Positions 1-12,545 of a stretch of DNA of 64,000 bases are shown piece by piece. The position numbers and the translations under genes are program-made. The stretch spans positions 59,956,001 through 60,020,000 of the forward strand of contig NC_045707.1 of the NCBI RefSeq assembly GCF_009834535.1, read 5' to 3'. This stretch comes from Camelus ferus. Taxonomy: Eukaryota. Each line of letters begins with the position of its first letter. Within the stretch, counting starts at the first letter, position 1. The notes under the pieces were generated by a model, which was not told where the DNA came from, ran no database searches, and worked only from the letters and a program-made list of their open reading frames with translations.

Positions 1-955
1 TGATTTAGGGTTGCATTTCTCTTGGATATATACTGAGGAGAGGAAATGCTGAGTCACATGGTAACTCGATGCTTAACATTTTGAGGAACTGCTAACAAGT
101 TTTCCGAAGTGACTGCACCATTTCACAATCCCACCAGCAACGTATAAGATTCTAATGTCTCCACCTCCTCACGACACTTGTTACTGCCTTTCTGATTTTA
201 GCCATCCTACTGGGTTTGAAGTGTTATTTTTGTTTTAACTTGCATTTCTCTGATAACTAATAATGTTTTCAGGTGCTTACCGGACATCTGTATATCCTCT
301 TTAGAGAAGTATATATTCAAATATTTTACCTATTTTTATTTGGGTTGTCCACCACTGAATTGTGAGAGTTCTTTAATAGTATGGACACTAGGTGGGGAGG
401 GTGTAGCTCAGTGGTAGAGTGTGTGCTTAGCATGCATGAGGTCCTCGGTTCAACCCCCAGTACCACCATTAAAAAATAAATAAACCTAATTACCTCTCCC
501 TACAAACACACAAAAATGTAATAAAGTAACAAAAATCCAAAAAAAAAAAAAAAAAAGGATGGACACTCGTCTCTTCTCAGATACATAAATTTCAAGTGTT
601 TTCTCCCATTCTCCCAGATGGTTTCACTTTCTTGATGGTGCCCCTTGACACACAACTTTTAATTATGATGATGTCCAATCTACCTATTTTTTTCCTTTTG
701 TTGCCTGTATTTTTGGCGTCAAATCTAAGAAACCTATGATCATGAAAATTTACTCCTAGGTTTTCTTTTGAAAGAAAAGCCATAGTTGTGGCTCTTATAT
801 TTAGGTCTATAATCCCTTTTGAGTTAATTTTTGTACATGGTATGAAGTATATCAAATTCATTCTTTTACTTGTGGATATCCAAATATTCCAGCACCATTT
901 GTTGGAAAGACTCCTCTTTCCACACTGAATTATCTTGGCAACCTTGTTGAACACC
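1..955 (-). mobile_element. Old L1 (L1M-type) ORF2 3' region fragment, interrupted by a SINE
   Basis: ORF 592-954(-) FNKVAKIIQCGKRSLSNKWCWNIWIS..CTKINSKGIIDLNIR resembles L1 ORF2 (FDKGAK.IQWGKDSLFNKWCWENW..YTKINSKWIKDLNVR); antisense L1 motifs such as tgcaccatttcacaatcccaccagcaa. Confidence 0.9.
391..556 (+). mobile_element. Camelid tRNA-derived SINE (Vic-1-like)
   Basis: ggggagggtgtagctcagtggtagag (A box), ggttcaacccc (B box), aataaacctaattacctc tail, poly(A); TSD atggacact at 381-389 and 559-567. Confidence 0.9.
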
Positions 956-2318
956 CTGCAGCTTCTTCAAAGTCAAATGTATATCTGTTTAGATAGAATA
1001 ATTGCAAAATTCAGTTACTATCATTAGATATAAGGTTGTAGTTCATTTTTATGAGGCTTTTTGTGGTTCTATCCCCAAATCCTCTGTTTAAACTGGTAGC
1101 AACCCTTTTTTTTTTTTTTTTCATTTCAAAGATCATGGTTGTTTCAAAATCTAAATTTTATTTTCTAGGTGTGTTGTGCTAAACATTATAATACATTGAC
1201 TTTTCAGGATAATATTATGAAGAAAGTTCTAAAACACTAACATTCATTTAGTTGTAAGTTCTACTATAGTTGTTCACTCTTTTAAAGAAAACTATGAGCA
1301 GATGCTAGACTAATTATGCAAAGCCAGATTGCTTTTAAGACCTTAAATTCACTGAAACAACCAGTACAGAGGACAGCTCTTGCCTTGGAGCTGCCTGATA
1401 GACCTTTTCTTTGCTAACATTATCCAATTCCATCTTAGGAAACAACTCTCCTTTCCTATAGGGTATCTTGCTGGAGCAGTAAATCAAGGTGCTTTGTCCT
1501 CCCGCTACAGGACCCCCAAGGAGTACCTGAAGGTCTCACCATGGGTCTTCTCCCTTTTGCATTCATATACAGATAAGTGGGAACAACCTGAAATACAGGC
1601 TTTTAGAAATTCAAGCAAGATAATCAAGGGCAGATTATGTAATCTCAGTCCATGTATCCCAAGGAGCTGCCAGATGATTAAATGTTCCTACTCCCCAGAG
1701 CCATAAGAATATTCCTGGTTCTAGTCTATCTGTAGCCTGGTTTGCAGTATTCCTTTCAATAACAGAAACTACACCATTAACGTCAAATAAATTCATTTAT
1801 TTGCTTAAGGTAATCATAGTAATTTATTGCTTAAAAAAAAAAGAACCTTAACTTATACAGTCAATTCCAAAGATATCAGAGATTTTGATCTTGTTTTCTA
1901 ATAAGACTTCTCCATGAATAAAAACGATAAGCTTTCTCAGAGTCTTTAATAGCTGGGTCAACACAAATTACACAATTGCTTGAATTAATGAGCTTGTTTA
2001 AGCAGGCGGTTTCTAACATCATTAATGTCATCATAATTTGCCTCCTTGTCCGGGAAACACCAACCCACTAACTTGCACAGAGCTTTGAACACGCTTACAT
2101 TCCTTAGATACTTTTTTCTTAAGTTAGCCAAGCTGCTTTCCAACTACTTTTCAAGAGAATATTCATTATGGCACATACCAGAAACAGGAAAAGAACTGAA
2201 TTTTTGGCATATGTTTTTAATTTAAAGATAAGAGAAAGTGATGAGTTACAAGATTTTTTTCCTGCTGAAATATTGTGGATAAAGACTCAGTATGTGGGAA
2301 CTACCCCATTAGCCTGAT

Positions 2319-2428
2319 GGAGTAAATTTCCACGATCTTGGGTTAGGCAATGATTTCTTAAATATGACACCAGAAGAACTAGCAACAATAGGAAAAATAG
2401 ATCAACTGGACTTTATCAAAAAGTAAAG
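2319..2428 (+). mobile_element. L1 ORF2 fragment
   Basis: cttgggttaggcaatgatttcttaaatatgacaccagaag...aaaatagatcaactggactttatcaaaa is a typical L1M ORF2 segment. Confidence 0.75.
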
Positions 2429-2429
2429 A

Positions 2430-2705
2430 AGATGCCTGCAGACAATTCCATCCTCTAGCCATTCAAGTAGCCTCGGCCTTTCTAGTCTTTCTTAATGCCT
2501 CAGACACCAAGAAGCAGAGACAAACCACCCCCACGTGTGGACAATGCCCTGTCCAAACTTCTGACCCACGTATTCCATGCGCATACAAAACAATGGCTGT
2601 TTTATATCGCTAAGTTTTGAGGTAATTTTATTTAAATAGTAACTGGAACATTCTGATTCCTGTAAGTGGCGTGCTGTCATAACAAACCGAAAACATGTGG
2701 CAACA
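2430..2705 (+). mobile_element. MaLR (MLT1-type) LTR 3' part plus start of internal region
   Basis: ccctgtccaaacttctgacccac...ctgttttatatcgctaagttttgaggtaatt...aactggaaca (MLT1 LTR end), followed by aagtggcgtgctgtcataacaaa (MLT1-int start). Confidence 0.7.
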
Positions 2706-2859
2706 GACACCCAGAACAACAGATATGGTCTTATCCCTGACAGTCTATTGAAAAGTACAGACCAGTAAATAACCAACAGCAATAAAGAATTAAAAAGAGC
2801 CACAATACGATGAGATGACTGCACTGGGATGCTAGCGTGAACACCTCTGCTTGTCTGGG

Positions 2860-3345
2860 TTCTCAAGGAAGATCTCCTCTATGTAGTGTCACCTAGATTG
2901 AGGGCAGCAAAGGAGGAAGACAGCGTCCAGAAGGAAAATCATATGTGAAGACTGGGGGGTCCTACAGCCATGGAACATTCGAGAACATACATTAAGTTTC
3001 TGTATGACGGGAGCCTAGAATGTGAGGAACAGGTGATTCTGAAGCTGAAGAAAGAGGAGAAAGTCAGGCCCTGATATACTTTATACAGCATCCTAAGTAG
3101 CTTGTTTCTTATCTTAAGGGAAATACCACTGATGTTTGAAGCAGAGAGATGGCATGATTATCCACCAAGTCGACTAATGTGGGGAGAATGGATTAAACAG
3201 TGGCAGAGACAATGGAGAAAGTCATCCAACAATCTAGAGCAGCCAGAGAGGGGGCTGAATTAAGTACTGGCTACGGAGACAGAGGATCCTGAACAGATTT
3301 TAGAATGAGTTAAACAGTAGGAGTTAAGGATGAAGCCCATGGTTT
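2860..3345 (-). mobile_element. Degenerate L2 fragment
   Basis: Purine-rich antisense L2-like motifs (ttttatcttaagggaaataccactgatgtttgaagcagagagatggcatgat). Confidence 0.55.
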
Positions 3346-4184
3346 TTTTTTAACTTCAGCAAGGGATTGAATGATACCACCAGACACTGTGAAAGAAAAC
3401 CAAAAAGAACGGCTGGTGGGGGAATTTGGTAAATCATAATCAAGTGTTTGCCTCCTTCTAAATATAAGATGAGAAAACTCATATTATCAACATGAAAAAT
3501 GGATAGATTTCTCATCCATAGGAATATTTCTTCAGGGCTCTTTTGAAATATAGATGCTTAAAGAAGAAATTTAATAAGCATCAAATATTTGTACATTAAA
3601 TATTAAAACATTTTGGAAATGTCTTTCGCTAGGTGGGAAAGGGATCCAGCCCCCTCCCCCAAATCAATGGTTGCCATTTTCAGTTTTAACATTCAAGACA
3701 TAAATACTCCCATTAGAAGGAAGAAACGATCCTTTAAACAACTACCTCTTCAAAAAGAAAAGATGGCCAGATTCAGCTAGGAAATGGGAAATCAATGAGA
3801 ATCTTCATGCTGGGGTGTTTGAAATTACTTAACAAGCCATCACGTGGCCACTGAGCCAAATGACCTCTCCTATCACCCCACAACACTCCTGCACTGAGAG
3901 GCCAGATCAGCTATACTCATCGACTAAAAAGAAACCCTCCCTTCCTTACCACAATTCGTGTCTTAACTCAGTTGGGTCAAACAACACAATATTTATGGTG
4001 AATGACAGAATACTTTCAGATCTAATTATAATTTCCACAAGTTTCTGAACATGTTGTGTTTTCAAAATGAATTTCAACACAATTGGATGACTCACACATC
4101 AATATGAATCGAGGGCACTGGGGATAACAAACGTCTGTATTGTTGCACATGAAGATGATAAATTGGCAGGATCAGAGTTTATTT

Positions 4185-4410
4185 TGCTACTGAATAATGC
4201 TAACGAGGCCAAGGGCAAGAGCTTGGTCCTTTTAAGGGGAATTCAAAATTGCTTTCTTTAGCCTTGCACCCCCTAAACAGGCTAATGTGTTCATAAAACA
4301 CATAAAAATGATCGCAACGGCACCCTTGTATCAAGGCTGTATTATGAAAAAGCCATTGACACTTCCAGAAAATCAAGTTAATGTTTATGCGTGGGTGGCT
4401 GGGTAGCAGG
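4185..4410 (+). mobile_element. Ancient tRNA-derived SINE, MamSINE1-like
   Basis: tgctaacgaggccaagggcaagagcttggtcc resembles a tRNA-Ile-type head (TGCTAATGAGGCCAAGGTCGCGGGTTCGATCC); downstream tgcaccccctaa also fits my recollection of the consensus. Confidence 0.45.
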
Positions 4411-4779
4411 GGCTCTCACATTGGCCCGCACACTGTTCAGTCAGCACCGCACAAAAATAGTGTTCTAAAGCCCTGGCGTTTTTCACAGTCTTACTAGTCA
4501 AGCATTTACTTTAATATGTTTCCTGCCATACTTCATTATTCACTCCCAATTCTGCAGATGTGTGATTTTCCGATTAGTTTTTGCACTTGGAGCTCCACCT
4601 TGTACCTGACAATGAGTCCTATTTCTGCAGCTACATCACTCTGCCTCCTTAAAGGATGCAGGCAAGATTCAGACCCTCCCTCTCACCACTTGGCCTCCAG
4701 CCACCATGACTCCGTACTCTGTATAATCCAGCCTAACACATGGGCCACTCTATCTCGGTTCAGGTCTTCACCACACCTC

Positions 4780-5080
4780 CCCTTCCAGCTCCTCAAGCAA
4801 AGCCACCCAAGACCTCTCTCTAAACTTTAGAGATGAACTGCCAATGGCCTACATTGCCATTTGAGTATCTTCCAGGCATCTTAAACTGAAAACCACATTT
4901 GGACCCTAGCTTCCATCTTCCCACCCATCTATCAATTCCCTCCTCCAGACAGTGGCTTACACCAGAAATACGAGACATTCTTGGGCCTCTCCTTTCCCTC
5001 ACCACACATCCAGGCCTGTCTTATCAATTCTCTCTGAAACCCAGTAAAAACATTCTTAACCATTCTCCACTTACTTGACT
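4780..5080 (+). mobile_element. L2 fragment
   Basis: ccatttgagtatcttccaggcatcttaaactgaa... pyrimidine-rich L2 pattern. Confidence 0.6.
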
Positions 5081-5959
5081 GAAAATATCAGATTGACTGA
5101 TATTTTCTATTTCTTCTATCAAAAGACACTGACTTGCGACTGTGGCACACTGAATGCTTGCAGCCAATACAAGGCTTATCTCTAGCATTCCCCCTACATT
5201 TTTATTCCCTCCAATCAAATGACATCTGTGTCAGAAGTCAGTTGTAGTTTTTTCCAAACTTGCTTATACCAGTATGCACTTATTACAGAAATTATATATT
5301 TCAATTAAATATTATATAAACCAATGAAATCTGAATTTTAAAAAGTTTGGCTCTACAAAAACAAGGCAGAATGTTTTGGAAAACTCTAAGAAAAATCGCT
5401 ATATGAATTGCTTTTAAATCACCTACTAAGCAAAATTGGAAACAAAATTTAAGAACTAGTAAGTTGTGTGCTCTTATATGAAGACATTTACAGATGTTTT
5501 TAAATTCTTGCTCCACTTTAAAGGAACTGAAACTGGCAATCCTGGAAGATATAACCATGGGTCTGGTTCACACAAAAGCAAACCAAACAAAATCAGTTCA
5601 GAAATCCAACTCACAGATTCACATTCAACAAATGGTCCCAAGCTGAATTAGAAGATTCACAATGAGTGTTTATATTCTTTAAGTTAAAATAAAGTACAAA
5701 ACCTGTGTATATATTATTCAGTATTTGTTTTTAACCAGCTTTGTCAATTAACTAACCAACTAGTGCAACTTCCACTGGATAATTCAAGTAACAATAGTAG
5801 CTAACATTTACTGGCATGAACCCTGTACCAGTTATCCTCATTTTAGAGATAATGAAACTAAGGGCTTCATCTGTACATCTGGACTCTGTTCATCACTACT
5901 TTCACTACCCTTCCATTCCTTCAGTAGCTTCTTAGCTAATTTCTACACTTCCACCCTCA

Positions 5960-6540
5960 CTTCTTCTCCAGCCTTCATTAACCAATGAACAGTAGAGGAT
6001 AGTCTTTTTTTTAAAACTCAACTCTACTTAGGCCATTCCCCTATTTAAAACTCTTCAGCGTCATTACACTTGGAAAAACATTCAAAATCCTTACAAAGTC
6101 CTTCATGACTGGCACTTCCCCATTTCTCCATCTCTATCTCATAATACAACCCTCCTTGAGCACTGTATTCCAGTTAACCTTGGCCTTCTGTTAGTTTCCA
6201 CAATGTGCCAAGCTCTTTCTCATCTCTAAGAATTTTCCCATAGTCTCTACTCTGTTAAGAGACTTTTTTCTCGTTTCTCTTCACTCTTCAGATCTCAACT
6301 TCAGCCTTTGTCTCTGAATTTCAACTGAATTACCTCCTTTGGCTAATATTTAATCTCATAGCATCCAGTACTTCTCTCTCATAAGACATTACAACTGATA
6401 AATATATATTTATTTGAGATTATTTTACTCCTGTCTTTTCAGGAGGATAAAGGCAAGATCTGTTCCATTCACCTCCTCAGTACCTCCCACAGTACCTTTA
6501 ATCTAGAAGATAAAATCACCAGTAATTATTGTATCAATTC
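5960..6540 (+). mobile_element. L2 3' region
   Basis: ttcccctatttaaaactcttcagcg...ttggccttctgttagtttccacaatgtgccaagctc...ttcagatctcaact...cagtacctcccacagtacct. Confidence 0.65.
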
Positions 6541-8014
6541 ATCACTGTTTATTTCTGAGGCAGAGAACAGAGGCAACGCTATAGGATTTTCAAACTCACA
6601 TGGCCCATAAAACCTCCACTAATAAAATGTTTCCTAAAAACAGTTGACAGTCATTCTCCAGTTAGGTTGTGAATATCTCCAAAGATGAAGATTCCTCCAC
6701 TACCTGCATTATATTCTGTTCCTATAATAACCATCATTATATTTAAGATATCTAATTCATGAACTCCGAATTCTATTCCCCCTTGTCACAGATTTAGTAA
6801 ATCTACCAAATAATATCTATGTAATGTTAGTATTTGCACTCAAGTTCTTAATGTAGCCAGACATTAAAAACATTAAATATAGAGGTCCTTGGACTGCATG
6901 TTAGAAGAGCGTACCAGAAATCAAAATAGTTCCCACAGCAGCACTCTCCAAAACAGCCGGTAGCCCATCTACATACAGTACCCTCTCCCTCATTCTGTGA
7001 ACTGTGCTTGAGGAGAGAACACCGAGACCTCACTCAAGCTCTATCCTAGTGTTATTTCAGACACAATGCCAGCAAGCATAGCTCACAGTCAGAATCAGCA
7101 AACAAAGAGGATTGGCTTTCTAAAAGTAGGCACATTGCCAGTGGTGAGAAATAACAGGAGACATGAGAATTCACAAAAAGACAAGCTGTCTGGATCCATT
7201 TAGTACATGGTGAAGCAGAGCTACATAGTCTAATATATCCTGAGGACAGGGCTGTGTCACTGGGCAGTGTAATAATAAAAATGCCTAATGATGACCTTGT
7301 ATTAGGAAGAAAAAGTATTGTTTTCAGTGTGTACTGCTTCAGGAGACAAGGAAGAGAGTTCTACAACATAGCGGGGATATCAACTGAAAAAATACATTAT
7401 CTGGAATACATCATTTTCTGACAACATGTCACAAAATCAAAGTATTACCCTGTCTTAGAGCTTTGCATCTCATGCCTTAATAAATAAAATTAAAATGGGC
7501 AGTATAAAGTTTCAAGCATAAAACTTCCTAATATTCTCTAAATAAAAGGCACAGACATGACAACATAAATTACCAAAATGAGAGGTTAACCATTCTACCT
7601 CAGTGATTTCATAATAGAAGTGCCCATCTATTAAGAACATGGCTTAGATTAAATAGGAACATTAAGAAAATAGTATGGCATACAGTTTTCACAAATGTTC
7701 CATAGTAAAGAACTTTAACCTGACAGTCTTCCAGACAGATGAAATAGGCTGAAATAACATTTCAAAAATAATAATACAAAATGATTATATATGCTATGCA
7801 TATATATAGATTTATATTTTATTCCCACTGTGCATTATCTTTGGGTTCTCGCAAAGCACATTCTCCACAAACCGCTAAAATAGGAGCCCAAATACAGTGA
7901 ACGGAAACTTGCTTGACCAAGAATCAGGTAGACTAATTCAAATATTCTGATTACCAGAAATTTAATTACCAATCAAAACCAAATACAGATTACAAAACTG
8001 CAGAGACAAAAATT

Positions 8015-8250
8015 ATAGTATTTCATATTAGAACTGTGCCAAATACTGTTCTAAGGAAGCATATTATCAGAAGGATCTAATCTAATCCTCAAAACAAGGC
8101 TAGCAAGTAGGTACTGCTATAATCCCAAGTTAAAGCTGGAAAACCTAAAGAACAGAAATGTTCTACATTGCTCAAAAATCATACAGCTAGTAAATGAAAG
8201 TAGGATAAGATTCTTGGAAGTCCATCTCAGAACATACTTTTAACCATATC
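8015..8250 (-). mobile_element. MIR SINE
   Basis: tgtgccaaatactgttctaag...taatcctcaaaacaaggctagcaagtaggtactgctataatccc...ttgctcaaaaatcatacagctagtaaatg. Confidence 0.75.
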
Positions 8251-9825
8251 AAAACTCTATTTATGAGATCTTTAACTGTGATCATAAAAGAAATAGCTTT
8301 CTTCCATTTTATAAAGTCGTTAAGTTGAAGAGACATTAAAGTGACATAAAACACAATTTTGGAGAAAAGCTTTTTTTTTCTCAAATGTTTGTTTTCTCTC
8401 TGAAGAAAGGCACAAAGGGCCAACGACTTAATATAAAATAAGATGCATTCAATGATCTTCAAAACATTCTAATCCAGCAACCTCAAAATATTTTCCTGTT
8501 TTAAACAAAAGGTTATAGGAAAAAGAGCAGTATGCTCTTCTTCAAACTGCCTCAAATCCCAGAAGCCAGCAGTCTATAAACAGTATGCTACTGTATAAAT
8601 TAACCATATGACACAGAGGCATAACCAATGGTTTAGAATCAGCATAGTCAAAAGGCACACATTAGAGATGTAAATGAGGATCAGCTGAATTTAATTTCTT
8701 CCAAAATGTAGGATGAATTTAGGTAAAGGCATTATTGCTTACAACAAACATATTTTGCCTAGCAACTAAAATACTGTATTTCCAGCTGAATAACCACGAC
8801 TCTCTAATAAACAGATAGTAATATCAGATACACGTCATTAGCGCTAGAACTGTATTTCACTGGAAATTTGCAAAAGATTATGAAAGACATAAAATTTTGT
8901 CCTTGGCTAAATAGACCCTTCAAAAGCACTCATTTGTTGCCATATTTTATTCCATTTAAATATTCAATAACTTAGAATTTTCAGGTGAAAATTCATCTTT
9001 TTTCTACTTTCTGGCCAATTTCCTTAGCAATTTCCAGTGAAAAAGCAGAAACGGGAAGCAGAAGGATCGAAAGTTGAAGTTTCCCAAATGTGATAATGAA
9101 CCTATTATTCTCTGCGTAGAATGCCTTTCCCCTGTCCTTGCCCATCTCAGTCTTTTGCTCTGTTCTACCCTATTATAGATCCCCTCCTCTGATTCCAGTA
9201 CCTTCCTAGGATTGCATTTCAACAGACCACTCTTCTTGGAAATTGACTGTTTTGATTTGTGAGCTCCCCAGGTTTGGACCGTTCACCAGATTCTGCCAGA
9301 CAAAGCACAGAGGAGAATTACACAAGTACAATGTATTTGGAACCTGAACTCACAAGGACCAAAGAATGATGTGGGCGTCTGAAAAGAATCATCATTCATT
9401 CACACACACACCACACACGCATTCTTGGTGACAGGATACTCCTGAGAACCTTTGGTGACAAGCTTTCATGACTTATAGAGAGAGAAGAGTTGGAGACCTA
9501 CAGCTTCCCAAGCAGGCTGGCCTCCATAGTGTGAAATCATCTGGAAAACCTGGCTGCCCATCGGCTTTTTCTGACCTCCACAGTTGCTATGGATATTGAG
9601 AATAGAGAGAAATATTCAAAGTCACCTCCTCCCCAGTAGCAAGTGCAATTCTATTATTCTAACTAAAGGAAACATACGTCATGGGCAAGGTAGCCTAGGG
9701 ATGGCTGAGTGGTCAGTACAAGTAAGTACAAGTAGTAAATACAAGAACAATTCATTCATTCACTCACTCTTTTATTATTTCATCCAGCCGCCTACTAACT
9801 ATATCTCAGAACGGAAATATTTATG

Positions 9826-9985
9826 CCTCTGAAGTCGGATATACTTGAGCTCAAATTTGATACTACCAATTACTAGTTAAATGGCCTTTGAACAAATTAC
9901 TTATTTTTAAGCTTCAGTTTCCCCATCTACAGAAGAGAAATAATAATAAATCTATTTGGGATTATTCTCAAGATGAGAATAACTC
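9826..9985 (+). mobile_element. MIR SINE 5'/core part (probably continues at ~12548-12612)
   Basis: attactagttaaatggcctttgaacaaattactta...cttcagtttccccatctacagaagagaaataata (MIR core). Confidence 0.7.
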
Positions 9986-10424
9986 TTTCATTTAATACAG
10001 GCATAACCTTGCTTTATTGTGCTTCACTTTACTGCACTTCACAGATACTGTATTTTTCTTTGTTTTTTCACAAGTTGAAGGTCTACGGCAACCCTGCATT
10101 GAGCAAGTCTATTGGAGCCATCTTCCCAACAGCGTTTGCTCACTTTGTGTCTCTATGTCACATTTTGGTTATTCTCACAATATTTCAAACCTTTTCATTT
10201 TTATTATATTTGTTGTGGTGATCTGTGATCAGTGATCTTTGATGTTCCTATTATAATTATTTTGGATTGCCACAAACAGCACCCACAGATGACAGCAAAC
10301 TTAACTGACAAATGTGTGTGTTCCGACTGCTCTGCCAACCAGATGTTGGCCTGTCTCTCTCTCTTCAGGCCTCTCTATTCTCGGACACAATAATACTGAA
10401 ATTAGGCCAATTAATAATTCTACA

Positions 10425-12250
10425 GTGGTCTTTAAGTGTTCAAGTGAAAGGAAGTGTCACACATCTCTCACTTTAAATCAAAAGCTAGAAATGCTAAAGC
10501 TTAGTTAGGAAGGCATATGGAGAGCCAAGACAGCCTGAAAGCTGGGCCTCTTGGGCCAAACAGTCATAGATGCAAAGGAAAAGTTCTTGAAGGAAATTAA
10601 AGGTGCTACTGCAGTGAACACACAAATGATAGTGAAACAGCCTTAATTGCTGATAACGGAGAAAGTTTTGGTGGTCTGGGTGGAAGATCAAACCAGCCAT
10701 AACATTCCCTTAAATGAAAGCCTCATCCGGAGCAGGGCCCCTAACTTTCCTCAATTCCCTAACGGCTGAGAGAGGTGAAAAAGCTTCAAAAAAAAAGCCT
10801 GAAGCTAGCAGAAGTTTGTTCATGAGGTTTGAGGAAAGAAGCCATCTCCACAATACAAAAGTACAAGGTGAAGCAGCCAGTGTTGATGTAGAAACTGCAG
10901 AAGTTTTCCAGAAGATCAAGCTAAGATCATGAATGAGGGTGGGTACACTACACCGATTTTCAGTGTAGATGAAACAGTCTTATATTGGAAGATGATGCCA
11001 TTTAGGACTTTCATAACTTGAGAGGAGAAGTCAATGCCTGGCTTCATAGTTTTAAAGGACAGGCTAACTCTCTTGTTAGGGGCTGGTGACTTGAAGTTGA
11101 AGGCAATGCTCACTTACCATTCTGAAAGTCCTAGGGCCCTTAAGAACTATGCTGAATCTACTCTGCCTGTGCTCTATAAGTGGAGCAACAAAGCCTGGAT
11201 GACAGCACATCTATTCACATGTAGTTTAGTGAATATTTTAAGTGCACTGTTGAGACCTACTGCTTTCAGGAAAAAAAAAAAAAAAAAAAAGAGCCCTTTC
11301 AATGTATCACTGCTCATTGACAACGCTTCTGGTCCCCCAAGAGCTCTGATGGAGCTGGACAACGAGATTCATGTTGTTTTCATGTCCGCTAACACAACAC
11401 CCGTTCTGCAGTATATGGATCAAGGAGTCATTTCAAATTTCAAGTCTTATTATTTAATAAATACATTTCATAAGGCTATAGCTGCCACAGATAGTGATTC
11501 CTCTGTTGGATCTGGGCAAAGACAATTGAAAACATTCTGGAAAGGACTCACCATTCTTAATGCCATTAAGAACATTTGTGATTCATGGGAAGAGATCAAA
11601 ATATCAACATAAACAGAGGTTTGAAAGAAGCTGATTCGAGCCCTCACAGATAACTTGGAGAGGTTTAAGAATTCAGCGGAGGAAGTAACTGCAGATGTGG
11701 TGGAAATAGCCAGAGAACTAGAATTAGATGTGAAGCCTGAAGATGGGACTGAATTACTGTAATTTCATGATAAAACTTTAATGGATGAGGAGTTGCTTCC
11801 TCCGGATAAGCAAAGGAAGTGTTCTCTTTAGATGAAATCTACCCCTGGTGAAAATGCTGTGAAGACTGTTGAAATGACAGCAAAGAATTTAAAATATTAC
11901 ATAAACCTAGTTGATATAACAGCAGCAGGTTTTGAGAGGATTGACTCTAATTTTTTTTAACATTTTTTATTGAGTTATAGTCATTTTACAATGATGTGTC
12001 AAGGATTGACTCTAATTTTGAAAGACGTTCCACTATAGGTAAAATGCTATCAAACAGAACTGCAAGCTATAGATAAATCATTCGTGAACAGAAGGGTCAA
12101 TCTACTCAGCAAACTTCACTTTTGTCTTATTTTAAGAAATTACCACAGCCACCCCAACCTTTAACCACCACCACCCCAGTCAGTCAGCAGCCACCAACAC
12201 TGAGTCAAGACCTTCCACCAGCAAAAAGATTACCACTCACTGAAGGCTCA
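10425..12250 (+). pseudogene. Decayed Tigger1 transposase (CENP-B-type HTH + DDE_1)
   Basis: Start ATG changed to GTG at 10425, stop at 10506-10508, further frameshifts; split into ORFs 10314-10508, 10714-10932 and 11034-11612; end coordinate approximate. Confidence 0.9.
11955..12001 (-). mobile_element. 47-bp extremely 5'-truncated young L1 (camelid type) inserted in Tigger1
   Basis: Perfect 18-bp TSD aggattgactctaatttt at 11937-11954 and 12002-12019; insert (-) tgacacatcattgtaaaatgactataactcAATAAAaaatgttaaaa; 21/26 identity to the L1 tail at 57656-57681. Confidence 0.85.
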
Positions 12251-12460
12251 GATGATGGTTAGCATTTTTTTTCAACAAAAAAGTATTTCTACATTAAGAC
12301 ATGCACGTTGTTTTTTAGTTATAATGCTATTATTGCACACTCAATAGACTATAGTGTAAACATAAACTTTTACCTACACAAGGAAACAAAAAAATTCATG
12401 AGATTCACTTTATCACAGTGGCCTGAAACCAAACCTGCAATATCTTAAGGTATGCATTTA

Positions 12461-12545
12461 AACACATTAACTGCCTTCTATGTCCCAGTGATCCTACCAA
12501 GGATGGGGATACAGCAGGACTAAGAGAGACATGGTCCCTGACTTC
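12461..12545 (-). mobile_element. L2 3' end fragment (split by Tigger1)
   Basis: aacacattaactgccttctatgtcccag...ggggatacagcaggactaagagagacatggtccctg. Confidence 0.65.

Larger units (their letters stand above)
9998..12458 (+). mobile_element. Near full-length Tigger1 DNA transposon (Tc1/mariner-pogo superfamily)
   Basis: TA-flanked ends caggcataacct (9998) and aaggtatgcatt (12458); ~2.4 kb; transposase fragments KCSSERK.HTSLTLNQKLEM.KLS, MPGF..KDRLTLLLG, PRALKNYA.STLPVLYKW.NKAWMTAHLF, LLIDNA.G.P, MDQGVISNFKSYYL. Confidence 0.95.

Noticed and set aside
391..470. tRNA-like sequences (also 22294, 44061, 45140-45209) as tRNA genes
   Set aside because: They are SINE heads followed by a shared non-tRNA tail, poly(A) and (in most copies) TSDs, and their stems are degenerate.
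592..954. 120-aa ORF
   Set aside because: L1 ORF2 remnant, not a host gene.
7786..7806. tatatatgc-tat-gcatatata hairpin
   Set aside because: Short, low-complexity AT/TA stem expected by chance.
11034..11612. 192-aa ORF with a DDE_1-type transposase domain as a possible domesticated TIGD gene
   Set aside because: It is part of a decayed Tigger1. The segment CSLVNILSALLRPTAFRKKKK is out of the transposase frame and the frame is only restored by a poly(A) expansion. The upstream HTH region has a stop and has lost its ATG.
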